DNA of 64,000 nucleotides from the IMG/VR virus record IMGVR_UViG_2534682025_000001, positions 20,615 to 84,614 of that record. One strand, given 5' to 3'. A model generated the notes under the pieces. It saw only the letters and a list, made by a program, of their open reading frames with translations. It was not told where the DNA came from and searched no databases. Each line of letters begins with the position of its first letter. Within the stretch, counting starts at the first letter, position 1. The stretch is from a virus. Lineage: Duplodnaviria; Caudoviricetes. This document shows positions 27,001 to 37,350 of the stretch, in pieces. A program made the translations under genes and the position numbers.

Positions 27001-29813
27001 AAAATTGCAGTCGATCTTGCATTAGCTTCTTGCAGAATCGCAGTATTTCTAGCTGTAGCTTCAGATGCAATAGCAGTATTGCGATTCGTTATTTCTTGAG
27101 TAATTGCTGATTGACGGTCTACGATTTCTTGAGTTAAACCATCATCCAAGTCTTGTACTGCTGAAATCCGTTGTTGAGTCTCCTGATTTAAGGCTGTATT
27201 TAGCTGATCTGCCTGAGTCTGTACTGCTGTGATATTGTCAATCAAATTGCCGATATCACCATCAAGCCCTGCAATCGTATCGATCTTATCAATCTTGGTT
27301 TGCAAATCTTGATGTAGTTGACTTTCGGTGATCTTATTGGAAAGTAAATCCAGAACAGCAGAGGCATCCGCAGATGTAGTCGCACTTACACGCGCAGACC
27401 ATGGCCCAATGTTTCCAATCCGGTCAATCAAGCGACCACGGAACCAGCGGGTCAGATTTGGCTGCATGCCTTGAAGTTCATGTGTGTCTGTCGGGTAGGC
27501 AAATAAACCGAGTTGAGCAGCATTGGCACCATTTGTTGTGCTTGAGATTTCAATTTCCGTATAAGCGGCATCAAGCGCTCCAACCGCAGGAAAATTCCAG
27601 TTCAGGCGATAACCGAACAGAATGCCAGTCGCAGACAGGTTGGCCAAAGCAGGTGGTAGACCAGTTTTACCGGTTAATGCTGTCAGCATGGAATACGTTG
27701 GCAATGAAGCAATATCAAATGCAGAAATTGCAGTGACACGCGCTTCATAATTACCGGAATAAATACCCTGTACTTCTACCGAGTTACTACCCGTAATTGG
27801 CAATTTAATCCAACTACCATCATCCTTGCGCCACTCCACCTGATACTTGGTTGCGCCTTGTGCCTGTGGCCAAGCAATAATCATGGTTTCAACAGATAGA
27901 CCCTGTTGCACCATGCTTTCAGATGAGATTGATACAGACTCCACTGGTGCCTGAACAGTCGGATTAATGATGGAAATCGGACGCTCATCAATAAAAGCAC
28001 CGAAATCGATTGCATCATATTTAGCTGATTCATATTGCAAGCCAGTGATTGAAAACTGATGTTTGTCGTCTTGAGTAATACTCATGACGCGAAACTTCAT
28101 GGTTTTCAAATCTTGCGCATCAACTGCCCAGACATTCTCTGGTGCAACAGAATCGAATGCAGTGGTCACAGTGATATTGCGCCCATTTACGGATGACACG
28201 ATTCGAGCCTGTGCTTTTCCATCTTCACCATTCACCACTAGACGATCACCGGCACGGCACACCACATCATCACGATCTAAAGTAATGGTGCGTAAATTTG
28301 CAGAAACTTTGGAGATACGACCACCGTTGGCACGACCTGAAAATAGCTCGTCTGAAATTTCAATCACACGACCCGGCTGTGGAATATAACCATCAAGACC
28401 GACCTTAAAAGATACGGTTCGGGTTTCTAGTTGCTCAGACTTTAAAGCCCAAAGACCTGCACGCTGTGCCTGTCCTTCTGAGGTACAACCCCATGCATCA
28501 ATTTCAGCCATACGCACGCCAAGTTTTGCAATAGCCGCTTCATCACGCACATACACATATTCAGTTTTGTAGTGATTTGCAGGGTTATCCCAAGCCACTT
28601 TTGCAACCGTATGACGGTCACGCGCACGGGTGCCTGTGTATTCAAACAGACCATCTATGACGTTGGCGCGTGTGTAAGTAAAATAAGTGTCCTGTGGAAT
28701 GTCAGCATCGCAAACAATTGAGTTGCCATCCCAATAACTGATTGCGCGGAATACGCCCGCCAATTTGCTTAAAATTACATAAGCATCTTCAGTTGATTGC
28801 AGATATACATTACAAGTAAAACGTGGCTCTTTTCCGCCTTTGCCATCATCCACCATTTGGTCGCAATACTGTGCAAGGCGATATAAAGACCATTTATCCA
28901 GCATTGCAGACGTTAAGCGGTCGCCTAATGCATAGCGTTTTGAAGTGCAAATGTCGTAATAAATCCACGCAGGGTTATTGGTATAAGCGCGTTTAAATGT
29001 ACCATCCCACATGCCTGTATAGGTACGCGCAACTGGATCGTAATTTGACGGGACTTGAAGCTTAATACCTTTTAAATCGACTGCAACTTTTGCCACATTA
29101 GAAAATGTTTCAGCATCATATTGCAGGCCAAGCATAGCGGTATTCGGGTAGCTAAGTTTTAGATCAATGACTTCAGTGATTGCATCCACATACATCTTGT
29201 CGCTGATGTATTCAGATGTGGAGTTAGGTGTAATGCGACGCACGCGAATCGTCCAGCCGGTATCTGCTTTAGGCAAATCAATACGATGTGAGCGCTCATA
29301 GTTTGCAGAGGTTTTATCGGCAATTTGGGTATTTAAAACTTCGGTCCATGTGCCACCATCAGCCTGAAGGTCAACCGCATACTGAATGACGATGCCTTTT
29401 ACATCTCCATTCTCAGCATTCTGCTGACGCAATGGCCCCCACTTAAAGCGTAAACGGATTGCATCCAGATCAGTATTGGTAAGTGAGCGAACCCAAGGTG
29501 TATCAGACTTTAATTCGACGTTAATCGCGCTCTCAGATGAGATATCCGGAAAGCCTTCGATATGAGTCTGATCATTAGTACCATGACGAAAATCAGCCTG
29601 AACATCTTCAAAGTTCCAACCACCCGCCGGATTCTGTAGTGGCGTTTCCTCAAGAAATACCGATTGCAGACCATTGGCCAGGCCCTCAACTTCACCTTCA
29701 GATAGGCCATATAGAATTTTAATATAGGTCTTAGATTGGGCTGAATCTGGTGCAATCACCGCTTTTCTTGCTTTGCCTTGCCCTGCTTTTGCGCCTTTAA
29801 TTACTGCGTTCAT
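24054..29813 (-). CDS. Host specificity/central tail fibre protein J
   Basis: LSEGEVEGL, YTNNPAWIYYD, EPRFTCN, FN3 regions, long coiled coil, DUF1983-like region, TAKIDNLAV repeats. Confidence 0.93.
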   Translation of the reverse strand: MNAVIKGAKAGQGKARKAVIAPDSAQSKTYIKILYGLSEGEVEGLANGLQSVFLEETPLQNPAGGWNFEDVQADFRHGTNDQTHIEGFPDISSESAINVELKSDTPWVRSLTNTDLDAIRLRFKWGPLRQQNAENGDVKGIVIQYAVDLQADGGTWTEVLNTQIADKTSANYERSHRIDLPKADTGWTIRVRRITPNSTSEYISDKMYVDAITEVIDLKLSYPNTAMLGLQYDAETFSNVAKVAVDLKGIKLQVPSNYDPVARTYTGMWDGTFKRAYTNNPAWIYYDICTSKRYALGDRLTSAMLDKWSLYRLAQYCDQMVDDGKGGKEPRFTCNVYLQSTEDAYVILSKLAGVFRAISYWDGNSIVCDADIPQDTYFTYTRANVIDGLFEYTGTRARDRHTVAKVAWDNPANHYKTEYVYVRDEAAIAKLGVRMAEIDAWGCTSEGQAQRAGLWALKSEQLETRTVSFKVGLDGYIPQPGRVIEISDELFSGRANGGRISKVSANLRTITLDRDDVVCRAGDRLVVNGEDGKAQARIVSSVNGRNITVTTAFDSVAPENVWAVDAQDLKTMKFRVMSITQDDKHQFSITGLQYESAKYDAIDFGAFIDERPISIINPTVQAPVESVSISSESMVQQGLSVETMIIAWPQAQGATKYQVEWRKDDGSWIKLPITGSNSVEVQGIYSGNYEARVTAISAFDIASLPTYSMLTALTGKTGLPPALANLSATGILFGYRLNWNFPAVGALDAAYTEIEISSTTNGANAAQLGLFAYPTDTHELQGMQPNLTRWFRGRLIDRIGNIGPWSARVSATTSADASAVLDLLSNKITESQLHQDLQTKIDKIDTIAGLDGDIGNLIDNITAVQTQADQLNTALNQETQQRISAVQDLDDGLTQEIVDRQSAITQEITNRNTAIASEATARNTAILQEANARSTAILTEKNERISADSNLSSRIDTVSASLGNNAAAIQQEAEARASADSAISHRIDSVLAEVDENTAAINQEAIARADADSANASLIETVRAESNQSNQDLRAMVVDESNARVDADRVLAERVTGVEVITNPDMIGSTDDLIGSESGNAGAWSILSAVQEGDLFQAQRTDLLTVSVNNNAANILTEQTARVSADDALSERIDSLNVEFSGNTASINQKLQTLADTDQALASDISGMNARVGDNEANIISESEARADGDTANAQALTDYRSINDTALANVRQTAESAVTATSANTQAVQALDSRVTTAEGNANTAKTNAATALTKAETATTQAGSAASLASQASAIANQAADTADTANQTAATALSTANVAATQSGANATRLDAITLELGDKASTGALSQTDAKVAEHEGKISANTIKIDGVYAQVNPKLIGSTEDLIGSTEGFAGTWTLQSALIEGDMALSQRIDTTVAQIGDNTALIQAETIARANADSALGHRVDTLQAQVGNDLQQNLAAIRSEMSVLADADSALSSRVDTVQASTQIAQSTADQAILDAQSKSAAAEAAAKTYAEAKAKAEADAAKASASSDATAKANAAESAAKAAAALDAKNKADAAEAAAKAVANAAQATANDALGKANTATQNIATVQNQVNTLTTQQGATATQVGTIQTTVGQNTASIQEVSESVNGLYAQKYIKLDVNGKVAGWGGANDGKESNFILNFDSFAIGSGNSTGYYPFIFRNTPFTDPVTGTVFPVSAYLKSAMMDYQSVKTSHIEDLAVKTAKIDNLAVKTANIDNLAVTAAKIGDAQVKTLKIDGEAVTAISNVVYANFQSGRAFEVNSDVGAQLKALMPDYSASGQGYLFGNPIGSFVVNPEGGGVQVDLTASMLYYDTRDAGSNFEKRVYVAVVAGTQVQVVAAVMDSKEAWHSNGFIQSYVINGLSLRWILKGVPNGTVVTLRFCKLTTGGNEAMDNMRQFRGNNVLMTVTSVKR

Positions 29814-29867
29814 ACATTTCCCTAGACAATAAAAAAGGCGCTTAATGCGCCTGTGTTTTTTAAATAT

Positions 29868-30443
29868 TTACATTAAATCTTCTGGATATTGTCCAGCACT
29901 TGCGATAAAGCCACCAACCTCACGCTGACCGTAAAGCACTGGCACCGGATTACCTTGCGCCACTGTAGTCACAGCACCGCCAAACCCCTTGTTTGCTTTG
30001 TTGCCGTCTTGGTTCTGATCCTGATTCTCAATTTTTGGCATTAGCATCATGGCAATACCGCCGACCATCATACCGACACCTGCGCCGATTAATGCCACCC
30101 CCAGTGGAGCACCAACACCAGTGAATACCATAACAGCACCAACCACTACCAAAACAGCACCAATAATGGTCTGCACCACACCACCCGCACCCCTTACCTT
30201 TGGCACCACCTTGATCACTTTGGCGCTTGTGCTCATGTCGAGTTCAGTTTCAGAAATATTCTGCTTATCCTGAAATACAGCAAATTCTAAGCCTTGTTCA
30301 TGTGCATGTAGCATGAAGTGCTCAAAGCCCGGCACCTGAACTGATAAAGCTCTCATCGCTTCACGGGTATTTTCCACATCGAGCCGAAATTCTTTACCGA
30401 ACTTCTTGGCTAGAATGCCGTACAACTTAATTGTTTTGAGCAT
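29868..30443 (-). CDS. Tail assembly protein I
   Basis: IKLYGILAKKFGK, AQGNPVPVLYG. Confidence 0.92.
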   Translation of the reverse strand: MLKTIKLYGILAKKFGKEFRLDVENTREAMRALSVQVPGFEHFMLHAHEQGLEFAVFQDKQNISETELDMSTSAKVIKVVPKVRGAGGVVQTIIGAVLVVVGAVMVFTGVGAPLGVALIGAGVGMMVGGIAMMLMPKIENQDQNQDGNKANKGFGGAVTTVAQGNPVPVLYGQREVGGFIASAGQYPEDLM

Positions 30444-31176
30444 ATCGAACCACCTTTACCACTCGTTCCTGCCACTGTGGGCCAAAGATTTCACGCACAG
30501 ATTTACGGCCATAAGGATGGTGCAAAATGAGTGCTGACCCAATGCAAGATTCGGTTTGTTCAGATTTAAGTATGCCATTATCACCCAACCAGATCACCGC
30601 ATGATTGACATGCTCGGTGCGTCCGACGCGGCACAGCAGTACATCACCATATTCAGGCTGATCCACTTCAATGAAGCCTTCTTTCTCAAAGTTATCAAGA
30701 TAAAGCGAAGGGCTGTCCTTAGACTCCCACCACAGGTCTTGACGCTCATAATCAGGAATGCTGATGCCAAGCTCGCGTTTGTAGAAATCACGAACAATGG
30801 CATAACAGTCTTGAATGCCGTGAATATAGTTGCGACCAATTAAAGGCGCTTTATATCCGCACGGCTCGTAAACCTGAAATTCAATATCGGGATAGGCACA
30901 AATCACCCAAGGCTTTTCATGCAGTTCAATTTGAATTAAATCAATCTCAGATGCACGCGCTGAAGCATTTGGATGTGAATGAACAAAGGCTTGAATTTCA
31001 CCCAGATCTTCAGCCTTGGCTAAATCCTCATGGTGAATTTCAAACTGATCTTTATGGTCTGAAATATTGCGACACGGAATATATGTCTTATTCACAATCA
31101 CACCACAGCATTCACCTGGATAAACTTCAGCAGCATGTGTCTGGATTGCTTTTTTAAGTTTTGCGGTTAGTTTCAT
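30427..31176 (-). CDS. Tail assembly protein K (JAB + NlpC/P60)
   Basis: YPGECCG, VHSHP, DCYAIVRDFY, NHAVI. Confidence 0.92.
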   Translation of the reverse strand: MKLTAKLKKAIQTHAAEVYPGECCGVIVNKTYIPCRNISDHKDQFEIHHEDLAKAEDLGEIQAFVHSHPNASARASEIDLIQIELHEKPWVICAYPDIEFQVYEPCGYKAPLIGRNYIHGIQDCYAIVRDFYKRELGISIPDYERQDLWWESKDSPSLYLDNFEKEGFIEVDQPEYGDVLLCRVGRTEHVNHAVIWLGDNGILKSEQTESCIGSALILHHPYGRKSVREIFGPQWQERVVKVVRYAQNN

Positions 31177-31297
31177 AGAATGCCTTTATTTTTGAGCACT
31201 TGTCACATTGATGCTGTATTTGTGGTGGGTATGAAAGCAATACAATTCCAGTAGGCTTAAGCACACCACCACATAAACAATATTTTTTATCACTCAT
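31154..31297 (-). CDS. 47-aa zinc-ribbon microprotein between L and K, not in ORF track
   Basis: YCLCGG...YPPQIQHQCDKC; start overlaps the stop of L. Confidence 0.6.
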   Translation of the reverse strand: MSDKKYCLCGGVLKPTGIVLLSYPPQIQHQCDKCSKIKAFYETNRKT

Positions 31298-32094
31298 CAC
31301 ATTAAACTCGACGCTGGAAAGCCACCAAAGCGGATTTCATTATTGCGAATACGGCATGAAGACAGTCGGCCAGAGCAGCGATCTAACGCAGGGTTGTCCG
31401 TTGGCTCGTCTTTATCTGTAAACATGGCTGCACCTGTAAATTGACATTCTTCCCCCCTGTAATTACCCATCGCGCACCAGTGGCAGTAATTAGAAATCTG
31501 TCGAACTGGTATTTTCAGACCTTCAAAATCAATTGGGTTTGAAAGCTCAAAAGTAACGGCTTGAGCATTTTCAGAGGTCTTTTGCTCGATGTACCAAAGT
31601 TGCTCTTTTGCTTCGTTTGATGCGGTCGGGTTGCCAGTGCTAAAGTTTTCAGCATCAAGGTACTTGGCGAGTGTAGTAATAACTTTGAGTTTTGCACCTG
31701 CGAAGTCACCAAGCTGCAAACAAAGAGCAGAAACTGCGTTTTGAATACCGCCGATGTTGTTCGCCATGCTGAATGTTGGTGCAGACGCTTTGCCATCGGA
31801 GCGCATCTCAAGACCAGATACTTCAAGCGCCATTGGCTCGAATATCTCGCCTTGCCAGATGATATTTCGATGCCATGCTTTTTTATCACCAGAATCAAAA
31901 GCTTTACCAATCGAGCCTGTATCCGCGCCGATTAACTCAGCCGAGCCAATGGATGTATAAATGCGCTCCCAATCTTCATAAGAAATATGACCATGGAAAC
32001 GCAAAATACCCGCACCTAAAGCGCGAGCATCGAGTTCAAACAACGTAATCAGGCCATCTACATAGAGCTTTTGAAAATCACTGTTCAGGGTCAT
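31297..32094 (-). CDS. Minor tail protein L
   Basis: LFELD, TLAKYLDAENF, IPVRQI..CHW...YRGEEC, FGGFPA. Confidence 0.92.
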   Translation of the reverse strand: MTLNSDFQKLYVDGLITLFELDARALGAGILRFHGHISYEDWERIYTSIGSAELIGADTGSIGKAFDSGDKKAWHRNIIWQGEIFEPMALEVSGLEMRSDGKASAPTFSMANNIGGIQNAVSALCLQLGDFAGAKLKVITTLAKYLDAENFSTGNPTASNEAKEQLWYIEQKTSENAQAVTFELSNPIDFEGLKIPVRQISNYCHWCAMGNYRGEECQFTGAAMFTDKDEPTDNPALDRCSGRLSSCRIRNNEIRFGGFPASSLM

Positions 32095-33073
32095 TGTATG
32101 ACTCCATTACTGTAGCAACCGCTTCAGCCAAACCAGTAGGTTGAAAGTCAGGTGGTGTAGCTGATTCTGGCATTTCAATTTCAGGCTGTGGCAGCTCTTG
32201 CAGACGCAAGTCAATCCAACGGTTTTCGGTAATATCTACCGGATTATTAAGATCAGCGACAATAGATGCAGTTTCCAGATCAAACTTTTTCTTATATGTT
32301 TTTACTGAGATATCGCCATTTTCCAGTGTTGTATAAATTACTGAAAACAACACATTACCGTTTGCGTCTTTCGGGGTTTCAACATACCAGCCTTCTTGCG
32401 CGAAACCTGATGAGCCTTTGATCAAGTAATCGCCAACGCCTAATTTTTCAAACTCGATATTCTGCTGTTGTGCTTCGTAGTTGAGTTCAATTTTATCTGC
32501 AAATAATTGAACAATTGGAGATGCCGCTTTGACAAAACCATTTGCGTCAACTGTTGTGTTTCCACTTGAGTAGAGCTTAAACCAAGAACCCATAGATGAA
32601 GTGCCATTGCGTCTTCTGAAGTAGATATTGCCATCATTCAGCGTATCTCTTGTAGCCATCTGAAAGACCCTGTGAGATGCGCTTGTTCCTCCAGAATTAC
32701 TTTGAATAACATGACCCCATGAAAGGCTCACACCTGCAGGGAAGGTGCCCGTAATTCCCCCGTTAGATGATGTAATACAAGGCTCGGTAGAAGTATCAAG
32801 ATCAATAGTTGGTGATAGCCCTGAACCGTTGGTTAATAGACTCTGAGTTGCTGCCGTACCCAAGCCCAAATTTGTACGCGCTGCTGCTGCGGTTGTTGCG
32901 CCCGTCCCACCCTTATTGATTGGAAGTGCAGCAGGCAATACACCTTGAGCAGTCGCACCCAATTGCGCATAAAGCTCATCATCATTCTCCTGTAGTTTTG
33001 CCGAGCCTGATCGGAACGTGTCACCGCCTGCGCCTGTAGGTGCTGTACCTGGATTAATTGTTTGTTTAGCCAT
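32078..33073 (-). CDS. Side tail fibre-like protein
   Basis: MAKQTIN.G..PTGAGGDT, GGTGATTAAAARTNLGL, NTTVDANGFVKAASP. Confidence 0.75.
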   Translation of the reverse strand: MAKQTINPGTAPTGAGGDTFRSGSAKLQENDDELYAQLGATAQGVLPAALPINKGGTGATTAAAARTNLGLGTAATQSLLTNGSGLSPTIDLDTSTEPCITSSNGGITGTFPAGVSLSWGHVIQSNSGGTSASHRVFQMATRDTLNDGNIYFRRRNGTSSMGSWFKLYSSGNTTVDANGFVKAASPIVQLFADKIELNYEAQQQNIEFEKLGVGDYLIKGSSGFAQEGWYVETPKDANGNVLFSVIYTTLENGDISVKTYKKKFDLETASIVADLNNPVDITENRWIDLRLQELPQPEIEMPESATPPDFQPTGLAEAVATVMESYNDPEQ

Positions 33074-33124
33074 AATTTACGCCCACAAAAAAGCCCTCAT
33101 TTGAGGGCATAAAATTGATTGAAT

Positions 33125-33466
33125 TTAAGGTTTAAAGTCTTGGGTGAAAGTGGTGGAGATTGACCACATGCCACCACCCAAGCTGATCGGCATATAATCT
33201 CCCGCCACCACGCGAACCTCGCCATCCAGTGGTGAATCCCAAAGGAATGAATCAGCACCCTTATGTGCATCAAAAAAGGCCTTGATCTCTTGTATCAAAG
33301 CCTTTTTGCCTGTTCGCTTGTATGCCCACGTTCCTGACCGATTGTTAATCCCAACACTCGTTCGCTGTGTATATCCATCCCCGAAACTGGATTGAAGGAC
33401 TTTAAAACTTGAGGTTTGGGAGTTTCCGTCTAGGTCATTGCACCAAGTGAATTTTTGATTGCTCAT
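33125..33466 (-). CDS. Minor tail protein M (distal tail)
   Basis: FGDGYTQR...GINN, FFDAHKGADSFLW. Confidence 0.9.
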   Translation of the reverse strand: MSNQKFTWCNDLDGNSQTSSFKVLQSSFGDGYTQRTSVGINNRSGTWAYKRTGKKALIQEIKAFFDAHKGADSFLWDSPLDGEVRVVAGDYMPISLGGGMWSISTTFTQDFKP

Positions 33467-36400
33467 TTAGATAATAGGCCTCCTTGTCGTTGCTCTCTGC
33501 GAATTACAGCTAGAGTCATATTTTCCATCATTTTCCCTAATTGCTTTGCGTCAGATTCACTGGTTGCAGACCCATCAGAGGCAATATTAATGGTTTGTGT
33601 GTAATAAACATCGCCACCTGACCCACCGCCATTCGCAAGATAGTTCTTCAAGTCAGCATTCGTCCGACTATCAACAACACGTTCACCCTTATCCAAAAGC
33701 CATGTACCTTCTTTCGGGATGTTGTCGATACCGTCATGGGCCATGCCGCTCAAGGCCACACCTTGAATTGCCGACATTAGATCATTGGTTTGTACTGCAA
33801 CCGCTGCCGCGCCCGCTATCTTTTGCCACATAGTCACATTCGATGGGTCATTCCACGCCGACATGATTGCGCCTTTCGCATTTAATATCGCACTTGAAAG
33901 AACAAACCCTTTTTGCATGGCGAATGCAACTTTGTAAGCTGTACTTTCTTTTGCTCCATATGCATCGAGCATTGAACCCATCATGCCGAACATTGCACCA
34001 TATCCAGCTAAAGATGCAGCTTGTGTTTGGTTTTGCAAATCCTCCAAGCCTTGATAATACTTAACATCAATTGCAGCCAAACCATCACGATATTGCTGAT
34101 GTGCCTCTTTAAGAGCCTCATAGCGCTCATCATCAGTTGAATAAAGATTGCTAGTCATGATGTCCTGCTCAACACCTACTCGCTCTTTCTTTAAAGCCGC
34201 TTGAGAGTTTGATCGGTCATTTGCTAGCGACCATTGACCGTAACCTTCTGGTGACATAGTGGCTCGTGCGAATATTTCATCTGCGCCTGATGACAGCCCA
34301 GCAATCCGATCATACATCGCCACAGAATCGTTCAAGAATTTATATCGATCTGTAAGTATTTTCTGATTAGCCTCATTCTCAGCTTTTACACGATCATCCT
34401 GAGCCTTAATCCAATTAGCCACATCATCTTCATAGGCCTTCTGTTGAAGTCCTAAAAGACGGTCGCGCTCTGTTGGATCAGTAGCAAAAGCTTTTTCGAT
34501 TTCCTTGATTCTTTCTTGGTTATCGTATTCAAGATTTTGCCATTCGTTGTAGTAGCTGACCTGAATAGCCTTCTGCTCGTCGGCTTGCTCCTGTTTTCTC
34601 TTGATCATATCCTCGAGAAATTTATCAAGATCAAGCTCCTCCGTTTTAACCACGGTGGTTGATGCGTTGAAGCTCTTAAGCCATGCCTGCTCAGAATCCA
34701 TGCCAAGCGCAATATTTTCACGATAGACTTTCTGCTGAGCAAGCAGTGATTCAGTCATTTTCTCAGCGGAAATAGAGGCTTTATTATTGCCCTGACCAGC
34801 ATAGTAGGACTTGCCAGTACTTGGGTTGGCAACAGAAGCAAACTCCTTTGCTGAACCCAATAGCGCATCATTCAAGGTGGCTTTATTGCTTCCTGTAATA
34901 AATCCTTTGATTTCAGGCCGCTTTATGGCAACTAAATACTGCTTAAAGATTCTCTCCTGAACCTCCGCAGTAAATTTCTCAGCACTTGATACAACACCTT
35001 TATCAACAGCCTCTTGAAGAGTGGAGTTGATAGTTTGATATTTACCAGCAGCATTAAATTCCTTTGCTCTCTGAGCGGAAAGAATTTGAGCCACGGTCAT
35101 ATCAGTCAGATTCCGAGTGCTGGCCTTATACCCTCCTTTCTGCCCAAGATTTACGGAATTGTAATTTCCCTCACCACTCGAAATTACTGCATCAATTGTA
35201 CTTGCCTTGGTCAGCTTGGCTTGCTTTTCCTTCTCTTGGGTTATCTTTTTCTCAGCTTCATTTCGAGCATCAGTGGCATTTTTAGCCTTCATAACCTCGT
35301 TATATTCAGTAGTAAACATTTTTTGCAGATCAGCCCTAAGAGATAATCTGCCTTGTTCATTTTTGACAATCGCCCCCTCAACATTGAGGTATTTTTTAGC
35401 CAACTCGATCATGGTGTCGTTATAACCACGATTTGCCAAGGCGGAAGTGATTGCTGAATCCTTAATGTTTTGACCAGATGCTTTTAGAAGTTTTTTAATT
35501 TCCTCACTTAATTCGCCCACTCCAGCGGCCTGCTCTTTGGCCTCTTTGGTCGTCTTTTTCATCGACTTCTCTAAAGCGTCCTGTGCTCGTTCTGCTGCTT
35601 TCAACTCCTTCTTGTTGTCAGAATAAGCTCCGATTAATTTACTTACTTTTGCAAGCTGATCATCGGTAAGAATATTTACGTTCTTAATCGCTTCATAGTA
35701 TTCGTTGCTGTCAATTCTGCCTTGAGATAGTTCGCTATTGAGCTTTTTGAAGGTGTTAATCTTCTCGTCTGCTATCGGCAAACCTTCCATGAAGGCAAAT
35801 AGATCAGATGCAGCCACACGGTACTTAAGGCTCAGGTCTTCGACCTGCTGAGCAAGTGCCCTAGTCTCGTTGTCTCGCTGAAGTGTATTTAGCTCTTGAT
35901 ATTTTTCAATCAGATCGCTAACTGATTGGCCCTGAGTATCAATTGAAGCGGTGGCCTTATCAGCATTGCCTTTCATTAACAGATAGCCAGCTGCTACAGT
36001 TGCAATAGCAACCCCCATACCAACAGGGCCAAAAAGAACCCCAAGTGCAGCCCGACCAACACCAGCACTAGCAGTTCCTGCTGCTGCGGATCTTGCTCTT
36101 GCTGCCGCCAGAGCTGTTTCTGCTGCTACAAGCTCAGCGGTTGCTTGCGCTTCAATTCGGCGTAGTTGAGCCATACGCGTTGTTGTAGCCATCCTTCCGG
36201 CAGCATTAATCTGTGCTTGCAGCCTCTGTACTTCTAAAGCTTTTTCGGCCGCCAGCGCTGTTAATGTCGAGCGTGTATTCACAATCTGAGCTTGAGCTTG
36301 CGCCAAGGCTGACGCAGCCGCAGCACGCTCCGCATTAATTGCACCATACTGAATTGCAGTCTGGTCAATAAGCTGTTTAGTTTTTGCATACCCCGCTGTA

Positions 36401-37293
36401 ATAGTGCTGTATATAGCTGGAATATAGGTTCCAGCCATAAATGCAGCGCCCACCATCATACTATTGACAACCCCTTCCATGTTTTCAGAAAGTGTTGTGA
36501 TGCCCTCCACAAAGGTTTTGGATGCACCAGTGGCAGAATCAAACTCCCCAACCATTTTCGTAACTTCAGTGGTGATCAGGTTAAAAGAGGCGGCAATGGT
36601 GGTATCTGTTTTAGAGTACAACTCATCAACACTATCGCCTGCTTTTAGTAATGCCTCAGTAATAACTTGACCCGATAGCTTCCCGTCTAGCATCATCTGA
36701 CGTAGTTCACCGCGAGTCACATTAAGGCCTTTTGCCATGGCATTTAGTAAGCCGCCAGCGCCATCAACCAAGCTGTTATATTCCTCAGCACGAAGAATAT
36801 TTCCATCAAGAGCCTGCCCAAACTGAAACAAAGCCCCCGCTGCTGCCTCGGTTGTAGATCCGCTGATAGAAACTGCTTTTGATGTAACCTCAGTAAGCCT
36901 TGCAGTTTCTGCTTGGGTTAAGTTAAGTACTTTGGCATTTGACATGTATTTTGAGTAAACAGTATTTACCGCCCCCCAACTAGATGCGGTGGCTTGTGCA
37001 ATCTTATAGGTGTCATTCATTGCGGTATTTAATTCAGCCTGCCCACTGGTCACAAGCTTGAGCTGATTGACGATGCCTGTGTAACTATCTGCATAATTCT
37101 TAATCTGATTGATAGAAAACACTGCGCCTGCTGTAGCTGCTAATTTCCCAAGCATGCCATTCATGACATTTACGCTACTGCTGGCCCGCTGCATTTCACG
37201 TTCTGCTGAGGATGAGGCTTGGCGCATCCCTTGTGTAAAGTTGCCAATTTTTGCAACCAGATCAAGAGTTAGTGTTCCGAGTTTTGTAGCCAT
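33463..37293 (-). CDS. Tape measure protein with internal lysozyme-like domain
   Basis: N-terminal tape-measure domain (LRAEEYNS), AAGKYQ muramidase-like motif, GMAHDGID..EGTWLL C-terminus. Confidence 0.93.
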   Translation of the reverse strand: MATKLGTLTLDLVAKIGNFTQGMRQASSSAEREMQRASSSVNVMNGMLGKLAATAGAVFSINQIKNYADSYTGIVNQLKLVTSGQAELNTAMNDTYKIAQATASSWGAVNTVYSKYMSNAKVLNLTQAETARLTEVTSKAVSISGSTTEAAAGALFQFGQALDGNILRAEEYNSLVDGAGGLLNAMAKGLNVTRGELRQMMLDGKLSGQVITEALLKAGDSVDELYSKTDTTIAASFNLITTEVTKMVGEFDSATGASKTFVEGITTLSENMEGVVNSMMVGAAFMAGTYIPAIYSTITAGYAKTKQLIDQTAIQYGAINAERAAAASALAQAQAQIVNTRSTLTALAAEKALEVQRLQAQINAAGRMATTTRMAQLRRIEAQATAELVAAETALAAARARSAAAGTASAGVGRAALGVLFGPVGMGVAIATVAAGYLLMKGNADKATASIDTQGQSVSDLIEKYQELNTLQRDNETRALAQQVEDLSLKYRVAASDLFAFMEGLPIADEKINTFKKLNSELSQGRIDSNEYYEAIKNVNILTDDQLAKVSKLIGAYSDNKKELKAAERAQDALEKSMKKTTKEAKEQAAGVGELSEEIKKLLKASGQNIKDSAITSALANRGYNDTMIELAKKYLNVEGAIVKNEQGRLSLRADLQKMFTTEYNEVMKAKNATDARNEAEKKITQEKEKQAKLTKASTIDAVISSGEGNYNSVNLGQKGGYKASTRNLTDMTVAQILSAQRAKEFNAAGKYQTINSTLQEAVDKGVVSSAEKFTAEVQERIFKQYLVAIKRPEIKGFITGSNKATLNDALLGSAKEFASVANPSTGKSYYAGQGNNKASISAEKMTESLLAQQKVYRENIALGMDSEQAWLKSFNASTTVVKTEELDLDKFLEDMIKRKQEQADEQKAIQVSYYNEWQNLEYDNQERIKEIEKAFATDPTERDRLLGLQQKAYEDDVANWIKAQDDRVKAENEANQKILTDRYKFLNDSVAMYDRIAGLSSGADEIFARATMSPEGYGQWSLANDRSNSQAALKKERVGVEQDIMTSNLYSTDDERYEALKEAHQQYRDGLAAIDVKYYQGLEDLQNQTQAASLAGYGAMFGMMGSMLDAYGAKESTAYKVAFAMQKGFVLSSAILNAKGAIMSAWNDPSNVTMWQKIAGAAAVAVQTNDLMSAIQGVALSGMAHDGIDNIPKEGTWLLDKGERVVDSRTNADLKNYLANGGGSGGDVYYTQTINIASDGSATSESDAKQLGKMMENMTLAVIRREQRQGGLLSK

Positions 37294-37350
37294 AACTTTT
37301 CCTCTAGGCGTAAAAAAACCGCCTAGTGGCGGTTAGTGGATTTTATTAAT

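Noticed and set aside
24054-29813. Diversity-generating retroelement acting on tail fibre
   Set aside because: No reverse transcriptase and no adenine-variant template repeat in the window
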